Virus record (IMG/VR): IMGVR_UViG_3300021399_000109
Location: 94,710-158,709 of that record
Source: a virus
Taxonomy: Duplodnaviria; Heunggongvirae; Uroviricota; Caudoviricetes
Length of the DNA: 64,000 nucleotides
Reading direction: 5' to 3' (one strand)
Shown here: positions 34,524 through 45,095 of the stretch, in pieces
Layout: the number at the start of each line of letters is the position of its first letter
Numbering within the stretch: the stretch's first letter is position 1
The notes under the pieces: generated by a model
What the model was told of the DNA's origin: nothing
Databases searched by the model: none
The model's input: the letters and a program-made list of their open reading frames with translations, nothing else
Translations under genes and position numbers: made by a program

Positions 34524-35678
34524 ATGTATTTAAATTATAAAGCAATAATAAACTCTCTTACTGAAGAAGATGTAATAAAAGTGTGTACAGCCCTTGGAAA
34601 TGGTGAATATACAAGGGGGAGTCATGATAGTTTATGCTTTAATACATGTTTGTGTCATGGTGGTGATTCACCTGATAAGTTAGTATATTATCCTCATGAT
34701 GCTGATGGAAATGGTACTGGTAGATTTAGATGCTATACTTGTGGAGATACTTATGGTATTATTGAGTTGATAATACGTGCGCATAGACAACAGGGTAAAA
34801 CATTAACTTGGTATAAGGCTTTATATTTTTTAGCTAAGACTACAAATAAACTTATTGAGTCTAATCCAGAGGATATAAAAACAAAAACAATTAATACAGA
34901 TTTATCTTGGATGAATCGAATTAAGAATTTAAAAAATAAAAGAGTCCATGCTGTTCCAAATTTAAAAACAGTGAATGAAAATAATCTTGAACTTTTTTGG
35001 TATGACCCTGACCCTTTGCAATCATGGCTAAATGAAGGTATCAGTAAAGAAGCCTTATCAAGATATGAAATTGGTTGGTATAGTTTAACAAATCAAATTA
35101 CTATTCCAGTAAGGGATAAAAATGAAAATTTAGTAGGAATTAGATGTAGAAATTTAAATCCAGAAGATGTAGCCGTAGCTAAATATGACAATATGTTTAT
35201 TAATGGACAAAAATTAAAATATTCAACTGGTTCGACTTTATATGGTATTTGGGTAACACAAGATAAAATAAAACAAAATAAAAAAGTAATGCTAGTTGAA
35301 GCTGAAAAATCTTGTTTACTTGCTTATACATATTTCAAAGATAATTCTTATGTTGTAGCTACATGTGGTTCAGCTATTACATTAACACAACAAAAAATAT
35401 TATTAAATGATTTAAAAGTTTCTAAAATCATATATGCTCCTGATAGGGACTATGAAGAAGCTGATTCTTATGAAGCTGAAATTTGGTTAAATAAACAAAT
35501 TAAAAAATTAGCACCATTTGTTCCATATTGTCAAGTATATTTAATCGCAGATAGTAAAAATAGATTAGGTTTTAAAGATAGTCCATTAGATTGTGGCAAA
35601 GATACATTTTTAGAATTGTATGAAGAAAAAATAGAAATAACAATGGATGATGTAAAGAGAATTAAAGGAGAAAAATAA
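34524..35678 (+). CDS. dnaG: DNA primase (DnaG-like, zinc-binding plus TOPRIM)
   Basis: Zinc-binding CHGGDSPDK...CYTCGD. TOPRIM-like LVEAEKS and APDRDYEE. Confidence 0.7.
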   Translation: MYLNYKAIINSLTEEDVIKVCTALGNGEYTRGSHDSLCFNTCLCHGGDSPDKLVYYPHDADGNGTGRFRCYTCGDTYGIIELIIRAHRQQGKTLTWYKALYFLAKTTNKLIESNPEDIKTKTINTDLSWMNRIKNLKNKRVHAVPNLKTVNENNLELFWYDPDPLQSWLNEGISKEALSRYEIGWYSLTNQITIPVRDKNENLVGIRCRNLNPEDVAVAKYDNMFINGQKLKYSTGSTLYGIWVTQDKIKQNKKVMLVEAEKSCLLAYTYFKDNSYVVATCGSAITLTQQKILLNDLKVSKIIYAPDRDYEEADSYEAEIWLNKQIKKLAPFVPYCQVYLIADSKNRLGFKDSPLDCGKDTFLELYEEKIEITMDDVKRIKGEK

Positions 35679-35818
35679 TGAATTATATATTTTTAAACAT
35701 ATTTTTTATTATTAGTGCTATAGTTTTAATTATTTGTGGTTATTGGTTTGGTTATTATCAGGGATTTTTAAAAGGATATGATAAAGGATATAATGATGCA
35801 AAAGCGCAAAAAAAATAA
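35678..35818 (+). CDS. small membrane protein (46 aa)
   Basis: Strong RBS AAAGGAGAAAAATAATG overlapping the primase stop. A single hydrophobic helix. Confidence 0.45.
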   Translation: MNYIFLNIFFIISAIVLIICGYWFGYYQGFLKGYDKGYNDAKAQKK

Positions 35819-35837
35819 ATAAGAAAGGATAATATAT

Positions 35838-36833
35838 ATGAATGAAGCAATTTTAAAACCATATATAAGGGCAGTAGACCCAAAAAAAGATAAAGACTTA
35901 CCAGTTTATTCTCACAGTGGAATTGAACAGTATTTGAATTGTCCTTATGCTTTTAATTTAAAATATAATGAGGATAAAAAGACGGATGATACAACATTAG
36001 CTTTAGAATTAGGGTCATTATTACATAAGATTTTAGAAATTAAAGGTCATTGGGTGCATTTAGGTATTGACATTGACTATGATATGTTGTATAATACAAT
36101 AGAAGTCGGTTATGAAGAGAAAGATGAAAAGACGCAAGAAAAATTAAGAGGTATCAAAGCTTTAAAACGTTCTTATTTTGATGATTGGTATGCAAGAGAT
36201 AATGCGTCAGGAATGACATATGAAGATAAAATAAAATTATTTAAAGCAACTGTTCTTAAAAATGAAATGGCAAACAGTAAATGGAAACCAGTTTATTTTG
36301 AATTACCATTTGAGTTTGTTTGGAATAACAGATGTATTATACACGGCTTTATAGACCGTGTTGATATAAAGGATGGTGAGTTTAGAGTTGTAGATTATAA
36401 AACAAGTAAAAAGGTTTTTGATGATGCAAAAGTTAAAACCAGTCAACAGTTTGGAATTTATGCTTGTGCTATTTTAAATATGTTTGGGAAACTGCCTATA
36501 GAATATGAATATGATTTTATTCTTTTAAATCAAACACAGCAAGCTATGTCAAAAGGTTGGGAAAAGCGTTTTATTAAGAAGATTGAGAAAGCTTTAGATA
36601 GCATTGATAAAAGTAATGCCACTAAAGTATTTAATCCTAAACCCTGTCCTTTATGTTATTGGTGTAATTATTGTACTACAAATCCCAATGCTAAAGAATA
36701 CAAAGATGAATGCGATTATTATAGTTTGTGGACACCGACAGAAAAAAAGTTTTCTGTGAATAAGGAATTTAATATTTTAGAATACAAAAAACAAAAAGAA
36801 GAACCTAAAGAAAAGCGTAAAATTATTTTTTAA
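35838..36833 (+). CDS. PD-(D/E)xK exonuclease with C-terminal Cys4 cluster (Cas4/RecB-like)
   Basis: IHGFIDRVDI...VVDYKTSKK nuclease core. C-terminal CPLCYWCNYC. Confidence 0.7.
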   Translation: MNEAILKPYIRAVDPKKDKDLPVYSHSGIEQYLNCPYAFNLKYNEDKKTDDTTLALELGSLLHKILEIKGHWVHLGIDIDYDMLYNTIEVGYEEKDEKTQEKLRGIKALKRSYFDDWYARDNASGMTYEDKIKLFKATVLKNEMANSKWKPVYFELPFEFVWNNRCIIHGFIDRVDIKDGEFRVVDYKTSKKVFDDAKVKTSQQFGIYACAILNMFGKLPIEYEYDFILLNQTQQAMSKGWEKRFIKKIEKALDSIDKSNATKVFNPKPCPLCYWCNYCTTNPNAKEYKDECDYYSLWTPTEKKFSVNKEFNILEYKKQKEEPKEKRKIIF

Positions 36834-36853
36834 TTTTAAAAAGGAGACCAAAT

Positions 36854-37282
36854 ATGGAAAAGACAAAAAAGTATGAATTAAAACCTATGAATTATTCAAT
36901 TAAAAGTACATGTGAAATTCTTGCGCATGATACATATTGTGGCTATGAATTTTGTATTATTAATCGTGGTACGCATCCTTGTGCATACATAAGGATTCCT
37001 AATGATAATAAGTTATATCATTTTTATAGTGATGTATTGGAAAATGTGATGCTTTGTCATGGTGGTATTACATGGGAATCAAATCATGTAAATGGTTTGC
37101 CTAAAGAAAACAAAAATAATAAAAAATGGTTAGGATGGGATTATGCTCATTGTTGTGATTATTTTCCTTATAATTTTATTCCCAATGATGATACCTGTAA
37201 AAAATGGACAACAGAAGAAATTTTTAAAGAAATGAAAGAAGTTATTGATAGATTAGAAAAATATAAAGCTGAATTAAATTAA
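36854..37282 (+). CDS. hypothetical protein
   Basis: RBS AAAAGGAGACCAAATATG. Confidence 0.45.
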   Translation: MEKTKKYELKPMNYSIKSTCEILAHDTYCGYEFCIINRGTHPCAYIRIPNDNKLYHFYSDVLENVMLCHGGITWESNHVNGLPKENKNNKKWLGWDYAHCCDYFPYNFIPNDDTCKKWTTEEIFKEMKEVIDRLEKYKAELN

Positions 37283-37298
37283 TTTATAAGGAGTTAAA

Positions 37299-37694
37299 AT
37301 GGGCAGAAAATATTTGGATGATATTGGGGAAGATTATTCATGGGTTTGGAAACCTGAAGGGTCTGAAAGGGATGAACTGTTTGAAAAAGAACGTGAAATC
37401 TATGGTTTTGATAGTCGTGAAACTTGGTCTTTAGATTATGTCTTTTATATGTGGTTATATGAAAGACTTAAAATGTATATAGAATACGCAGGAGAAATTG
37501 TAAATCTTAACTTTCATAAATTTATTTATAAAGAAAAAGAATATACACAACTTGAATTAATTAATATGATGATTGAAAGACTTGAATTTTATTTTGAAAA
37601 AGGAGATTCATTTGATTTATCTGAAGAGGAATATGAATTTATTAAAGAAATTGGTGAAATTTGGGCTTTAGTTCTTCCTGCGATGTGGTGGTGA
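37299..37694 (+). CDS. hypothetical protein
   Basis: RBS AAGGAGTTAAAATG. Confidence 0.45.
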   Translation: MGRKYLDDIGEDYSWVWKPEGSERDELFEKEREIYGFDSRETWSLDYVFYMWLYERLKMYIEYAGEIVNLNFHKFIYKEKEYTQLELINMMIERLEFYFEKGDSFDLSEEEYEFIKEIGEIWALVLPAMWW

Positions 37695-37697
37695 TTT

Positions 37698-40205
37698 ATG
37701 AGTTACATTGGGATACATAATCATACGGATATTGGTAGTAATCATGAGTTCCGTGATTCAATTAATAAAGTAAAAGATTTAATTGATTATGCACATTCGC
37801 TTGGACATAAGGGTATTTGCATAACTGACCATGAATCTTTATCTGCTCATTTTAAAGCTTTAGATTATTATGAATCTAAAATGGGCGAAGAAGATTGGAA
37901 AGATTTTAAAATTGGATTAGGAAATGAAATTTATTTATGTCCTGATTTTGTTACAGCAGAAAATATAGGGAATAATTTTTATCCCCACTTTATTTTAATT
38001 GCTCTTGATGCTTTTGGGCATAAAGGATTACGTGAATTAAGTACAAAAGCATGGACTGAAAATTGTTTTTATTCTAAATGGAATAGAGTTCCTACTTATT
38101 ATAATGATTTGGCTGAAATGTTAGATGTGTATAGAGGACATATTATTGGGTCAACAGCCTGTCTTGGGTCTAGCATTAATAGACAATTACTTCAATATAA
38201 AGAAAATCCTTCAGAAGATATAGTTGTGCGTATTCGTCAATGGTTAGCATTTATGGTTGATATTTTTGGAGAAGAAAATTTCTTTATTGAACTTCAGCCC
38301 AATCCTAGTGAAGAACAGGTTTTTTGTAATCAAAAATTACTTGAATTTGCACAGGAATATAATCTTCCTTATATTATTTCTACTGATGCACACTATCTTA
38401 AAAAAGAAGATAGAGCAATTCATAAGGCTTATATTACAGCAAACAAAGAAGATGACAGAGAAGTGGATTATTTTTATCAGACTACTTATGTAATGTCAGA
38501 AGAAGAAATTCATTCTTATATGGATGGGTATTTAGGCTATGATATTGTCCAAAAAGGTATTGATAATACAATGCTTATTTATGATAGACTTGAATATTAC
38601 TCCATGAAAAAGGATTTGGAAATTCCTTTTCTTCCGCTTGATAGAACTGAACCTGATAAAAAATTAATAGATAAATATAGTAAACATATTCCTTTATTAC
38701 GAGAATTTGCTGAATCTGAATACGAATCTGATAGACATATGATTCGTGAAATGCTCAAAGGTATTGAAAAAGATGAAGTATATCAAACAGAAAGAGGATA
38801 TAACGCTACCAATGAATGTTTATCTTATATAAAACAATCTTCTGAAAAAATGGGAGTTAGATGGTCAGCATATCTTGACCAAATGGCAGATTACGTTAAT
38901 ATTATTTGGGATTGCGGTAGTGTTGTAGCTGTAGGTCGTGGTTCTGTTATTGGTTTTTGTATTGCTAATCAAATGGGAATCACACAGATTAATCCTTTAA
39001 GAGAAAATACAGCTACATTTCCTTGGAGATTCTTAAATCCAGAACGGGCAAGTATACTTGATATTGATACAGATGTTAATCCTATTTTTAGAGATAAGAT
39101 TATAAATAGATTTAAAGAAATTTATGGTGCTGATAAAGTATCCAAAGTTCTTACTTATTCTACTGAAAAAAGTAGGAGTGCTATATTAACGGCAGGTCGT
39201 GGTATTGGACTTGATAATGATTTAACTTCTTATATTGCTTCTTTGGTAGTGTTTGATAGAGGTAATCCTCGTTCATTAAAAACAATGTACTATGGTGACG
39301 AAGATAACAAACCTGTTCAAGAGTTTGTCAATGAAATGAATGAGCATCCTGACCTTTGGGAAACTGCCCAAAAACTGGAAGGTCTTTGTTCAGGTATTGG
39401 TTCTCATGCAGGTGGGGTTATTATTTGTGATAAATCGTTAATTGATACTTGTGCGTTAATTCGAACTAAATCTGGGGATGTAATTACTCAATATGACCTC
39501 CATGAAGATGAAGCAATGAGTCTTATCAAGATTGACCTCTTAGCTACTAATGCAGTATCTAAGATTCAAGAGTGTCTGGAACTGTTATTAGATAAAAGTA
39601 AGATTGAATGGCAAGGTAGTCTTCGTGATACATATGAAAAATATATTGGTGTATATAATCTTGAAAGATATGCTGAAGATATGTGGAAATTGTTATGGGA
39701 ACATAAAGTTATTAGTGCTTTCCAAATGGAAAAAGAATCAGGAAAACAAGCATTAGCTTTAGTTAAACCACATTCTGTAGATGACTTAGCGACTATTAAT
39801 TCTGTTATACGACTTATGCCGCAGGAAAAAGGGGCTGAAACTCCATTAAGTAAATTTGCAAGATTCCATGAAGATATTACCGAATGGTATCAAGAAATGA
39901 CAGATTATGGATTAACAGAAGAGGAACAGAATATTCTTAAAAATATTATTGGTGTTTCGTATGGTATTTGCGAAGCACAAGAATATTTAGTTCTTTTAAC
40001 AACACATCCTGATATAGGTGGTTTTAGTTTATCTTGGGCAGACTCTTTACGTAAAGCTGTTGCAAAAAAGAATCCTAAAGCATTTGATGAATTAGAAAAA
40101 CAGTTTTTTGAAAATGCGGTTGAAAAAGGATTAAGTAAGAATTTAGTTAATTATGTTTGGAATGTATTAATTAAAACTCAGCGTGGGTACGGGTTAAATC
40201 TTTAA
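37698..40205 (+). CDS. dnaE: DNA polymerase III alpha-type (DnaE-like) polymerase, N-terminal portion (PHP, palm, fingers), interrupted
   Basis: PHP motifs GIHNHTDIGS...H. The ORF ends ...QRGYGLNL* inside the conserved GYxFNKSH region. The continuation is at 41326. Confidence 0.8.
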   Translation: MSYIGIHNHTDIGSNHEFRDSINKVKDLIDYAHSLGHKGICITDHESLSAHFKALDYYESKMGEEDWKDFKIGLGNEIYLCPDFVTAENIGNNFYPHFILIALDAFGHKGLRELSTKAWTENCFYSKWNRVPTYYNDLAEMLDVYRGHIIGSTACLGSSINRQLLQYKENPSEDIVVRIRQWLAFMVDIFGEENFFIELQPNPSEEQVFCNQKLLEFAQEYNLPYIISTDAHYLKKEDRAIHKAYITANKEDDREVDYFYQTTYVMSEEEIHSYMDGYLGYDIVQKGIDNTMLIYDRLEYYSMKKDLEIPFLPLDRTEPDKKLIDKYSKHIPLLREFAESEYESDRHMIREMLKGIEKDEVYQTERGYNATNECLSYIKQSSEKMGVRWSAYLDQMADYVNIIWDCGSVVAVGRGSVIGFCIANQMGITQINPLRENTATFPWRFLNPERASILDIDTDVNPIFRDKIINRFKEIYGADKVSKVLTYSTEKSRSAILTAGRGIGLDNDLTSYIASLVVFDRGNPRSLKTMYYGDEDNKPVQEFVNEMNEHPDLWETAQKLEGLCSGIGSHAGGVIICDKSLIDTCALIRTKSGDVITQYDLHEDEAMSLIKIDLLATNAVSKIQECLELLLDKSKIEWQGSLRDTYEKYIGVYNLERYAEDMWKLLWEHKVISAFQMEKESGKQALALVKPHSVDDLATINSVIRLMPQEKGAETPLSKFARFHEDITEWYQEMTDYGLTEEEQNILKNIIGVSYGICEAQEYLVLLTTHPDIGGFSLSWADSLRKAVAKKNPKAFDELEKQFFENAVEKGLSKNLVNYVWNVLIKTQRGYGLNL

Positions 40206-41343
40206 TTAGACCCTCTTATACAGTAATGTATATTAAAAAACTCTTTAAATTGCGGGAAACTCCTTAGAGCATTAGTAACCAAGTTTAATTAGTAATAATT
40301 AAATGGCAAATAGTAATGTATTTGGTAAGGTAACAGCACTAATGATTGGACAATCCGCATCAAAATCTCTCAAACAAATTGTATAGAAATGGAGGGAAAA
40401 TGGGATGTAAAAGATTAAGTGATGAAGACGAAAAAAAACTTGTGGACGAATATTTAAAAGGTGTTGCTGTTAAACAATTAATGATTAAATATGGTTTTGC
40501 AAGTAAAAAGTCTATAATAGATAAAGTAAAGAAGTATTATCCAAATTATAAAGAGATGTTAGAACAGGCTAAAGAAAATCGAAAAACATATTCATTAGAT
40601 TTATCAAAAATTGATAGTCCATTTAATGCGTATCTTATTGGATTATTATTAACAGATGGCTATATTATTGATAATAATAAATTTGGTTTGCAATTAACAG
40701 ATGAAGATTGTATTCGATTTATTTCTGAAGCAACTAATAATCCATATTATTCGTATAAAACAAAAGAATATAAAACAGAATATAGAATTGTATTTAGTGG
40801 CTCTCAATATATTGAGCAATTAAAAAGATATAATATTACTGCGAAAAAATCATATACTGTTAAAGGATTTGATTTTTATGAGGACGAAATTAAATATATC
40901 CCTTTTTTAATTCGTGGAATTATTGATGGGGACGGATGTATTCATAAAACTACTAAAGGAAGTGTAAGTTTTTATATTTGTTCAATGTCTTATGACTTTA
41001 TTTTATGGATACAAGAAATATTGGAAAAACGGTTTTTTATGGAAGATACTCATATAAAACAAAGTAATATAAATAATATTTGGATAGTTGAAACTTCTTT
41101 ACAAACTAATATTTTTAAATTAATGGCAATTGTTTATGACAGACCTTATGGTATGTCTCGTAAATATAATTGTTTGAGAGAGATGTTCAGAGACTATAAT
41201 AAGAGTAACCAACAAAATTTTATTTGGAATGATGTTGGTTAATGGTATAGTCCAGACCGCAACCTTAACAGGGCTTGGGAAACCAAGTGCGGTAAAGTAA
41301 TAAGTCCCATACACTTGCTTATTCAATGATTCTTTTGCAAGAA
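40203..41343 (+). mobile_element. 1.14-kb insertion carrying a LAGLIDADG homing-endonuclease gene (group I intron-like or free-standing HEG cassette) splitting dnaE; flanked by 9-bp direct repeat TTAAATCTT
   Basis: TTAAATCTT at 40194-40202 and 41344-41352. Removing the segment plus one repeat copy restores an in-frame ...RGYGLNLNYRWNPIYWQTANL... The flanks are GC-richer and structured (paired segments AATTGCGGG/CCGCAT and ACCGCA...TGCGGT, TAGTCC after the HEG). Confidence 0.6.
40400..41242 (+). CDS. LAGLIDADG homing endonuclease (two-motif type)
   Basis: Two LAGLIDADG motifs, AYLIGLLLTDGYI and FLIRGIIDGDGCI. RBS-like AATGGAGGGAAAATGGGATG. Confidence 0.75.
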   Translation: MGCKRLSDEDEKKLVDEYLKGVAVKQLMIKYGFASKKSIIDKVKKYYPNYKEMLEQAKENRKTYSLDLSKIDSPFNAYLIGLLLTDGYIIDNNKFGLQLTDEDCIRFISEATNNPYYSYKTKEYKTEYRIVFSGSQYIEQLKRYNITAKKSYTVKGFDFYEDEIKYIPFLIRGIIDGDGCIHKTTKGSVSFYICSMSYDFILWIQEILEKRFFMEDTHIKQSNINNIWIVETSLQTNIFKLMAIVYDRPYGMSRKYNCLREMFRDYNKSNQQNFIWNDVG

Positions 41344-42720
41344 TTAAATCTTAATTATAGATGGAATCCTATTTATTGGCAAACAGCTAATCTTATTGTA
41401 GATTCTGGTTCGTTGGACAATAATTCAAATGATGCTACAGATTATGGCAAGATAGGTATTGCGATTGCAAATATTAAAAAAGAAAATGTTAATATTGAAA
41501 TTCCATTAATTAATGAAGCAGGATTTGGTTTTGAACCCGATGAAAATAATAACAGAATTATTTTTGGCTTAAAAGCAATAAATGGAATCAACACTGAAAT
41601 TTCACAAGCAATTATTCAAAACCGTCCATATAGTTCCATGGAAGATTTTGCAAGTAAACTTTTAGATACTGGAATTATTAAAAATGCTCAAATGATTAAA
41701 CTAATTAAAGCAGGTTGTTTTACTGAACTTCATAGTCCTAATAAAGAGATTACAATGGAATGGTATTTAAGAAATTATAAATATAATCCACTTAAAAAAT
41801 TAACACTAAGTCAGTTACCTGCTTTAAGAGAGAAAAAACTTATTCCAGAAGCTTTTGACAAGTGTGTCAAGATATTAATTTTAAAAGATTACATCTTAGA
41901 CGATGAAGGATTTTATGCTAATTATATTGACCCTAATAAGAAACCTTTAAAACGTGGTTATCATGATAGATATTATATTTTAGATGATAATAGTCAACCT
42001 ATTTTTAAAGATTATTTTTCTGAGAATTGTATAGTTGGAGTACAAGGGGAATATTTTTTAGTTTCAGAAAAACAGATTGATAAAGAAGCCAAAGTATTTA
42101 TAGAACCTTTCAGAGAGTGGATGAATAGTGCTGATGCTATTAATAGATATAATTTAAGTTGTTTCTTAGATGTATGGGAACAATATGCAAGTGGAAATAA
42201 AGCACATTGGTCTATGGAGTCTTTGACTTATTATGACGAAGAACACGAATTAGAAAATGTAAACGAATCTTTATATGGAATAGTTAACTTCTTTGATTTA
42301 CCTGAAGAACCTGTAGCGTATGATTGGTATACAAGATGGATTAACGGTGAAAGAAAAGTATTTCCTAAATATAATATTAGTCGTATAGCAGGTACAGTGA
42401 TTAATGCAGATAATAATCATCATATGGTATCTTTATTAACTAAATATGGATTAGTTAATGTAAAAATGAATAAAGGACATTATGCCTTTTATAATAAACA
42501 GATTTCTCAAATTGATGAAGATAATAAAAATAAAAAACATAAAATAGAAGATAGTTGGCTTAAACGTGGTCAGATGATTATTGTTTCTGGCATTAGAATG
42601 GGGGATACTTTTTATCCCAGAATTTATAATGATACAATTTATAAACATACAGTTAGTTTAATTAAAGAAGTTAATAAAAATGGAACTTTATTATTACAAA
42701 ATGAAAGGACAAAAATATAA
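41326..42720 (+). CDS. dnaE: DnaE-like polymerase, C-terminal portion
   Basis: Begins MILLQELNLNYRWNPIYWQTANL, which overlaps the LNL at the end of the N-portion and matches the ...AYALxAYQTAYLK region of PolIII alpha. Confidence 0.7.
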   Translation: MILLQELNLNYRWNPIYWQTANLIVDSGSLDNNSNDATDYGKIGIAIANIKKENVNIEIPLINEAGFGFEPDENNNRIIFGLKAINGINTEISQAIIQNRPYSSMEDFASKLLDTGIIKNAQMIKLIKAGCFTELHSPNKEITMEWYLRNYKYNPLKKLTLSQLPALREKKLIPEAFDKCVKILILKDYILDDEGFYANYIDPNKKPLKRGYHDRYYILDDNSQPIFKDYFSENCIVGVQGEYFLVSEKQIDKEAKVFIEPFREWMNSADAINRYNLSCFLDVWEQYASGNKAHWSMESLTYYDEEHELENVNESLYGIVNFFDLPEEPVAYDWYTRWINGERKVFPKYNISRIAGTVINADNNHHMVSLLTKYGLVNVKMNKGHYAFYNKQISQIDEDNKNKKHKIEDSWLKRGQMIIVSGIRMGDTFYPRIYNDTIYKHTVSLIKEVNKNGTLLLQNERTKI

Positions 42721-44976
42721 ATGAATAATACAAATAATGAATCTATTAGTTGTATTGCTACAGTTGAAAGAATCAGGTATTATAAAGATAATTTTGGGAT
42801 TATTGTTTGTTCAGTTGATAGGATTGATTCAGGTGAATTAGACGAAGATATTCGGGAAGACGAAGTTATTTTTAAAGGCACTATGCCTACTCCTATTGTT
42901 GGTAATATGTATAATATTACTGCTGATTATATTGAAGACCCTAAGTGGGGGGGACAATATAATATTAAAGCTATGTTTACTGCGGTATCATTTGATACCG
43001 CAGATGGCAAAAAAAGATTTTTGTCAAGTATTTTTACAGAATATCAAATTGATGCCATGTATGAAGCTTTAGATGACCCATTTGATGCTCTTCAAAATGA
43101 AGACTATAATAAACTTGTACAAATTAAAGGATGTGGCTTAAAGACAGCTTCTACATGGGTAGAAAGATTTAAAGAAAATATTAATTTAGCAAAAATATTT
43201 CTTGAATTAAAAGATTATGATTTAACTAATGCTATGGTAGATAAATTGCTTGAAAAATATCATTCACCAGACCTTATTGTAGATAAAGTAAAGAACAATC
43301 CTTATGTTTTATGTACTGAAGTTAATGGAATTGGTTTTAAAAAAGCTGATGAAATTGCTTTAAAAGGTGGAATTGGACTTTATAGTACAGCAAGAATTGG
43401 TGCTTTTATTCAATATTATTTATCTAATTGCGGAGAAAATGGGCAATCATGGATTACTCCTGACCATTTATTAGGAGCGATTCTTGATACATTAGGAGAA
43501 GATGTTCCTGATAAAAATATATCAGAAACAATAAGCGAATTAATTGAAAATAATATATTGTGGCACAATGAAGATAAAAGTAAAATAGGATTACGTTATT
43601 ATTACGATTTAGCTACTAATATTGCTACAGAATTAATTCGGTTAAGAAATGCTAAATGTGATTTTTCTTATGATAATTGGGAAGAAGTAGTAAAACATAA
43701 TGAAAACGTACAAGGATGGGAATATACAGATGAACAGTTAAATGCCATTAAATCTGCTTTTAATAATAATGTTATTATTATCACTGGATATGGTGGAACT
43801 GGTAAAACACAAACAGTATCTGCAATTCTAAATATATTTAAAAATAATTCTCATGCTTTATGTGCTTTATCTGGAAAAGCTTCTTCTATCTTAGGTGAAT
43901 ATACAGGAGAAGAGGGTTCTACTATTCATAGATTATTGGGATTCGGGAATGATGGATTTATTTATGATTCTGAAAATCAACTTCCATATGATATTATTGT
44001 TGTAGATGAAATTTCTATGATTGGAGCAAGATTATTTTATTTTTTAATTCGAGCAATTAAATCTGGTGCAAAATTAATCATGTTAGGTGATGATGGACAG
44101 CTTGAGAGTATTGGCTGTGGTAATGTTGCTAATAATATGCTTAATTCTCCTGAGATTCATCATAATATTTTAACAAAAATACATAGACAGGCATCAAAAT
44201 CAGCTATTATTACTGAAAGTATTAAAGTCAGACAAGGAACTCAACTTATTAGTAAGGAATGGGCAGGAAAAGAAACAAGGGGTGAATTGCAGGATTTTGA
44301 TTTAATTTGTTATTCTGATGCCAATAATACTTATTATAAAGTTATAGAAGAATTTCAGAAACTTAGGACGAAAGATGATTTTGATATTATGGAAACACAA
44401 ATTATTGTTCCTGTTAAAAATAGAGGAATGGCTTGTACAAGTGAATTAAATAATATTTTACAAGAGTTATGTAATCCATCTGATGGAAGAAAAGTGCAAG
44501 TGACAGTACGCAGAAATGGACGTAATCAAATTATTCGTGAAGGCGATAAAGTAATTTGTAAAAAAAATAATTATAAAGTTGAACCAAATATTTTTAATGG
44601 AAACACTGGTATTTTAAAAGCAATTACATATAATGATTTTGATGACGAAGTATGGATTATTGATTTTAAAGGAATTGGTATTGTAGAATTACCTAAAAAG
44701 TATTGGGGAACAATAGAATTAAATTATTGTGGAACAGTACATTCAAATCAAGGTTCGCAGTATAATAATATTATTATTGGACTTGATTTTTCTTCCTATA
44801 GTTTATTGACCAGAGAACTTGTATATACAGCTATTACAAGAGCAAAGAAAAAATGTATTATGATTGCACAAAATTCTGCTCTTCGGTATGCTGTAGGTAA
44901 TAAAGCATTGTCACAAAAACAAACACATTTAGTTGAAGCTTTACATGATGTAGCGCACCCTAAACTTGTGTTCTAA
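42721..44976 (+). CDS. RecD-like / Dda-like SF1 DNA helicase
   Basis: Walker A ITGYGGTGKT. Walker B IIVVDEISMI. C-terminal GTVHSNQGSQY. Confidence 0.75.
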   Translation: MNNTNNESISCIATVERIRYYKDNFGIIVCSVDRIDSGELDEDIREDEVIFKGTMPTPIVGNMYNITADYIEDPKWGGQYNIKAMFTAVSFDTADGKKRFLSSIFTEYQIDAMYEALDDPFDALQNEDYNKLVQIKGCGLKTASTWVERFKENINLAKIFLELKDYDLTNAMVDKLLEKYHSPDLIVDKVKNNPYVLCTEVNGIGFKKADEIALKGGIGLYSTARIGAFIQYYLSNCGENGQSWITPDHLLGAILDTLGEDVPDKNISETISELIENNILWHNEDKSKIGLRYYYDLATNIATELIRLRNAKCDFSYDNWEEVVKHNENVQGWEYTDEQLNAIKSAFNNNVIIITGYGGTGKTQTVSAILNIFKNNSHALCALSGKASSILGEYTGEEGSTIHRLLGFGNDGFIYDSENQLPYDIIVVDEISMIGARLFYFLIRAIKSGAKLIMLGDDGQLESIGCGNVANNMLNSPEIHHNILTKIHRQASKSAIITESIKVRQGTQLISKEWAGKETRGELQDFDLICYSDANNTYYKVIEEFQKLRTKDDFDIMETQIIVPVKNRGMACTSELNNILQELCNPSDGRKVQVTVRRNGRNQIIREGDKVICKKNNYKVEPNIFNGNTGILKAITYNDFDDEVWIIDFKGIGIVELPKKYWGTIELNYCGTVHSNQGSQYNNIIIGLDFSSYSLLTRELVYTAITRAKKKCIMIAQNSALRYAVGNKALSQKQTHLVEALHDVAHPKLVF

Positions 44977-44982
44977 TTGTCA

Positions 44983-45053
44983 GTCAAGTCTGTATATTTA
45001 ACTAAAAATTTTAAATATACAGACTTGACAAATGACTCAAAATGTGGTAGTAT
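44983..45053 (+). promoter_or_regulatory. 18-bp perfect inverted repeat whose right arm contains the -35 of a TTGACA-17-TAGTAT promoter
   Basis: GTCAAGTCTGTATATTTA at 44983-45000 pairs with TAAATATACAGACTTGAC at 45013-45030. Promoter -35 at 45025-45030 and -10 at 45048-45053. Confidence 0.5.
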
Positions 45054-45095
45054 TAATATTATACACAACAATATATGGTAGTTAAAGGAGATAAT

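Noticed and set aside
37698-42720. Intein interpretation of the dnaE interruption
   Set aside because: The two polymerase segments are in different reading frames and the first ends in a stop codon. An intein would have to be a continuous in-frame insertion.
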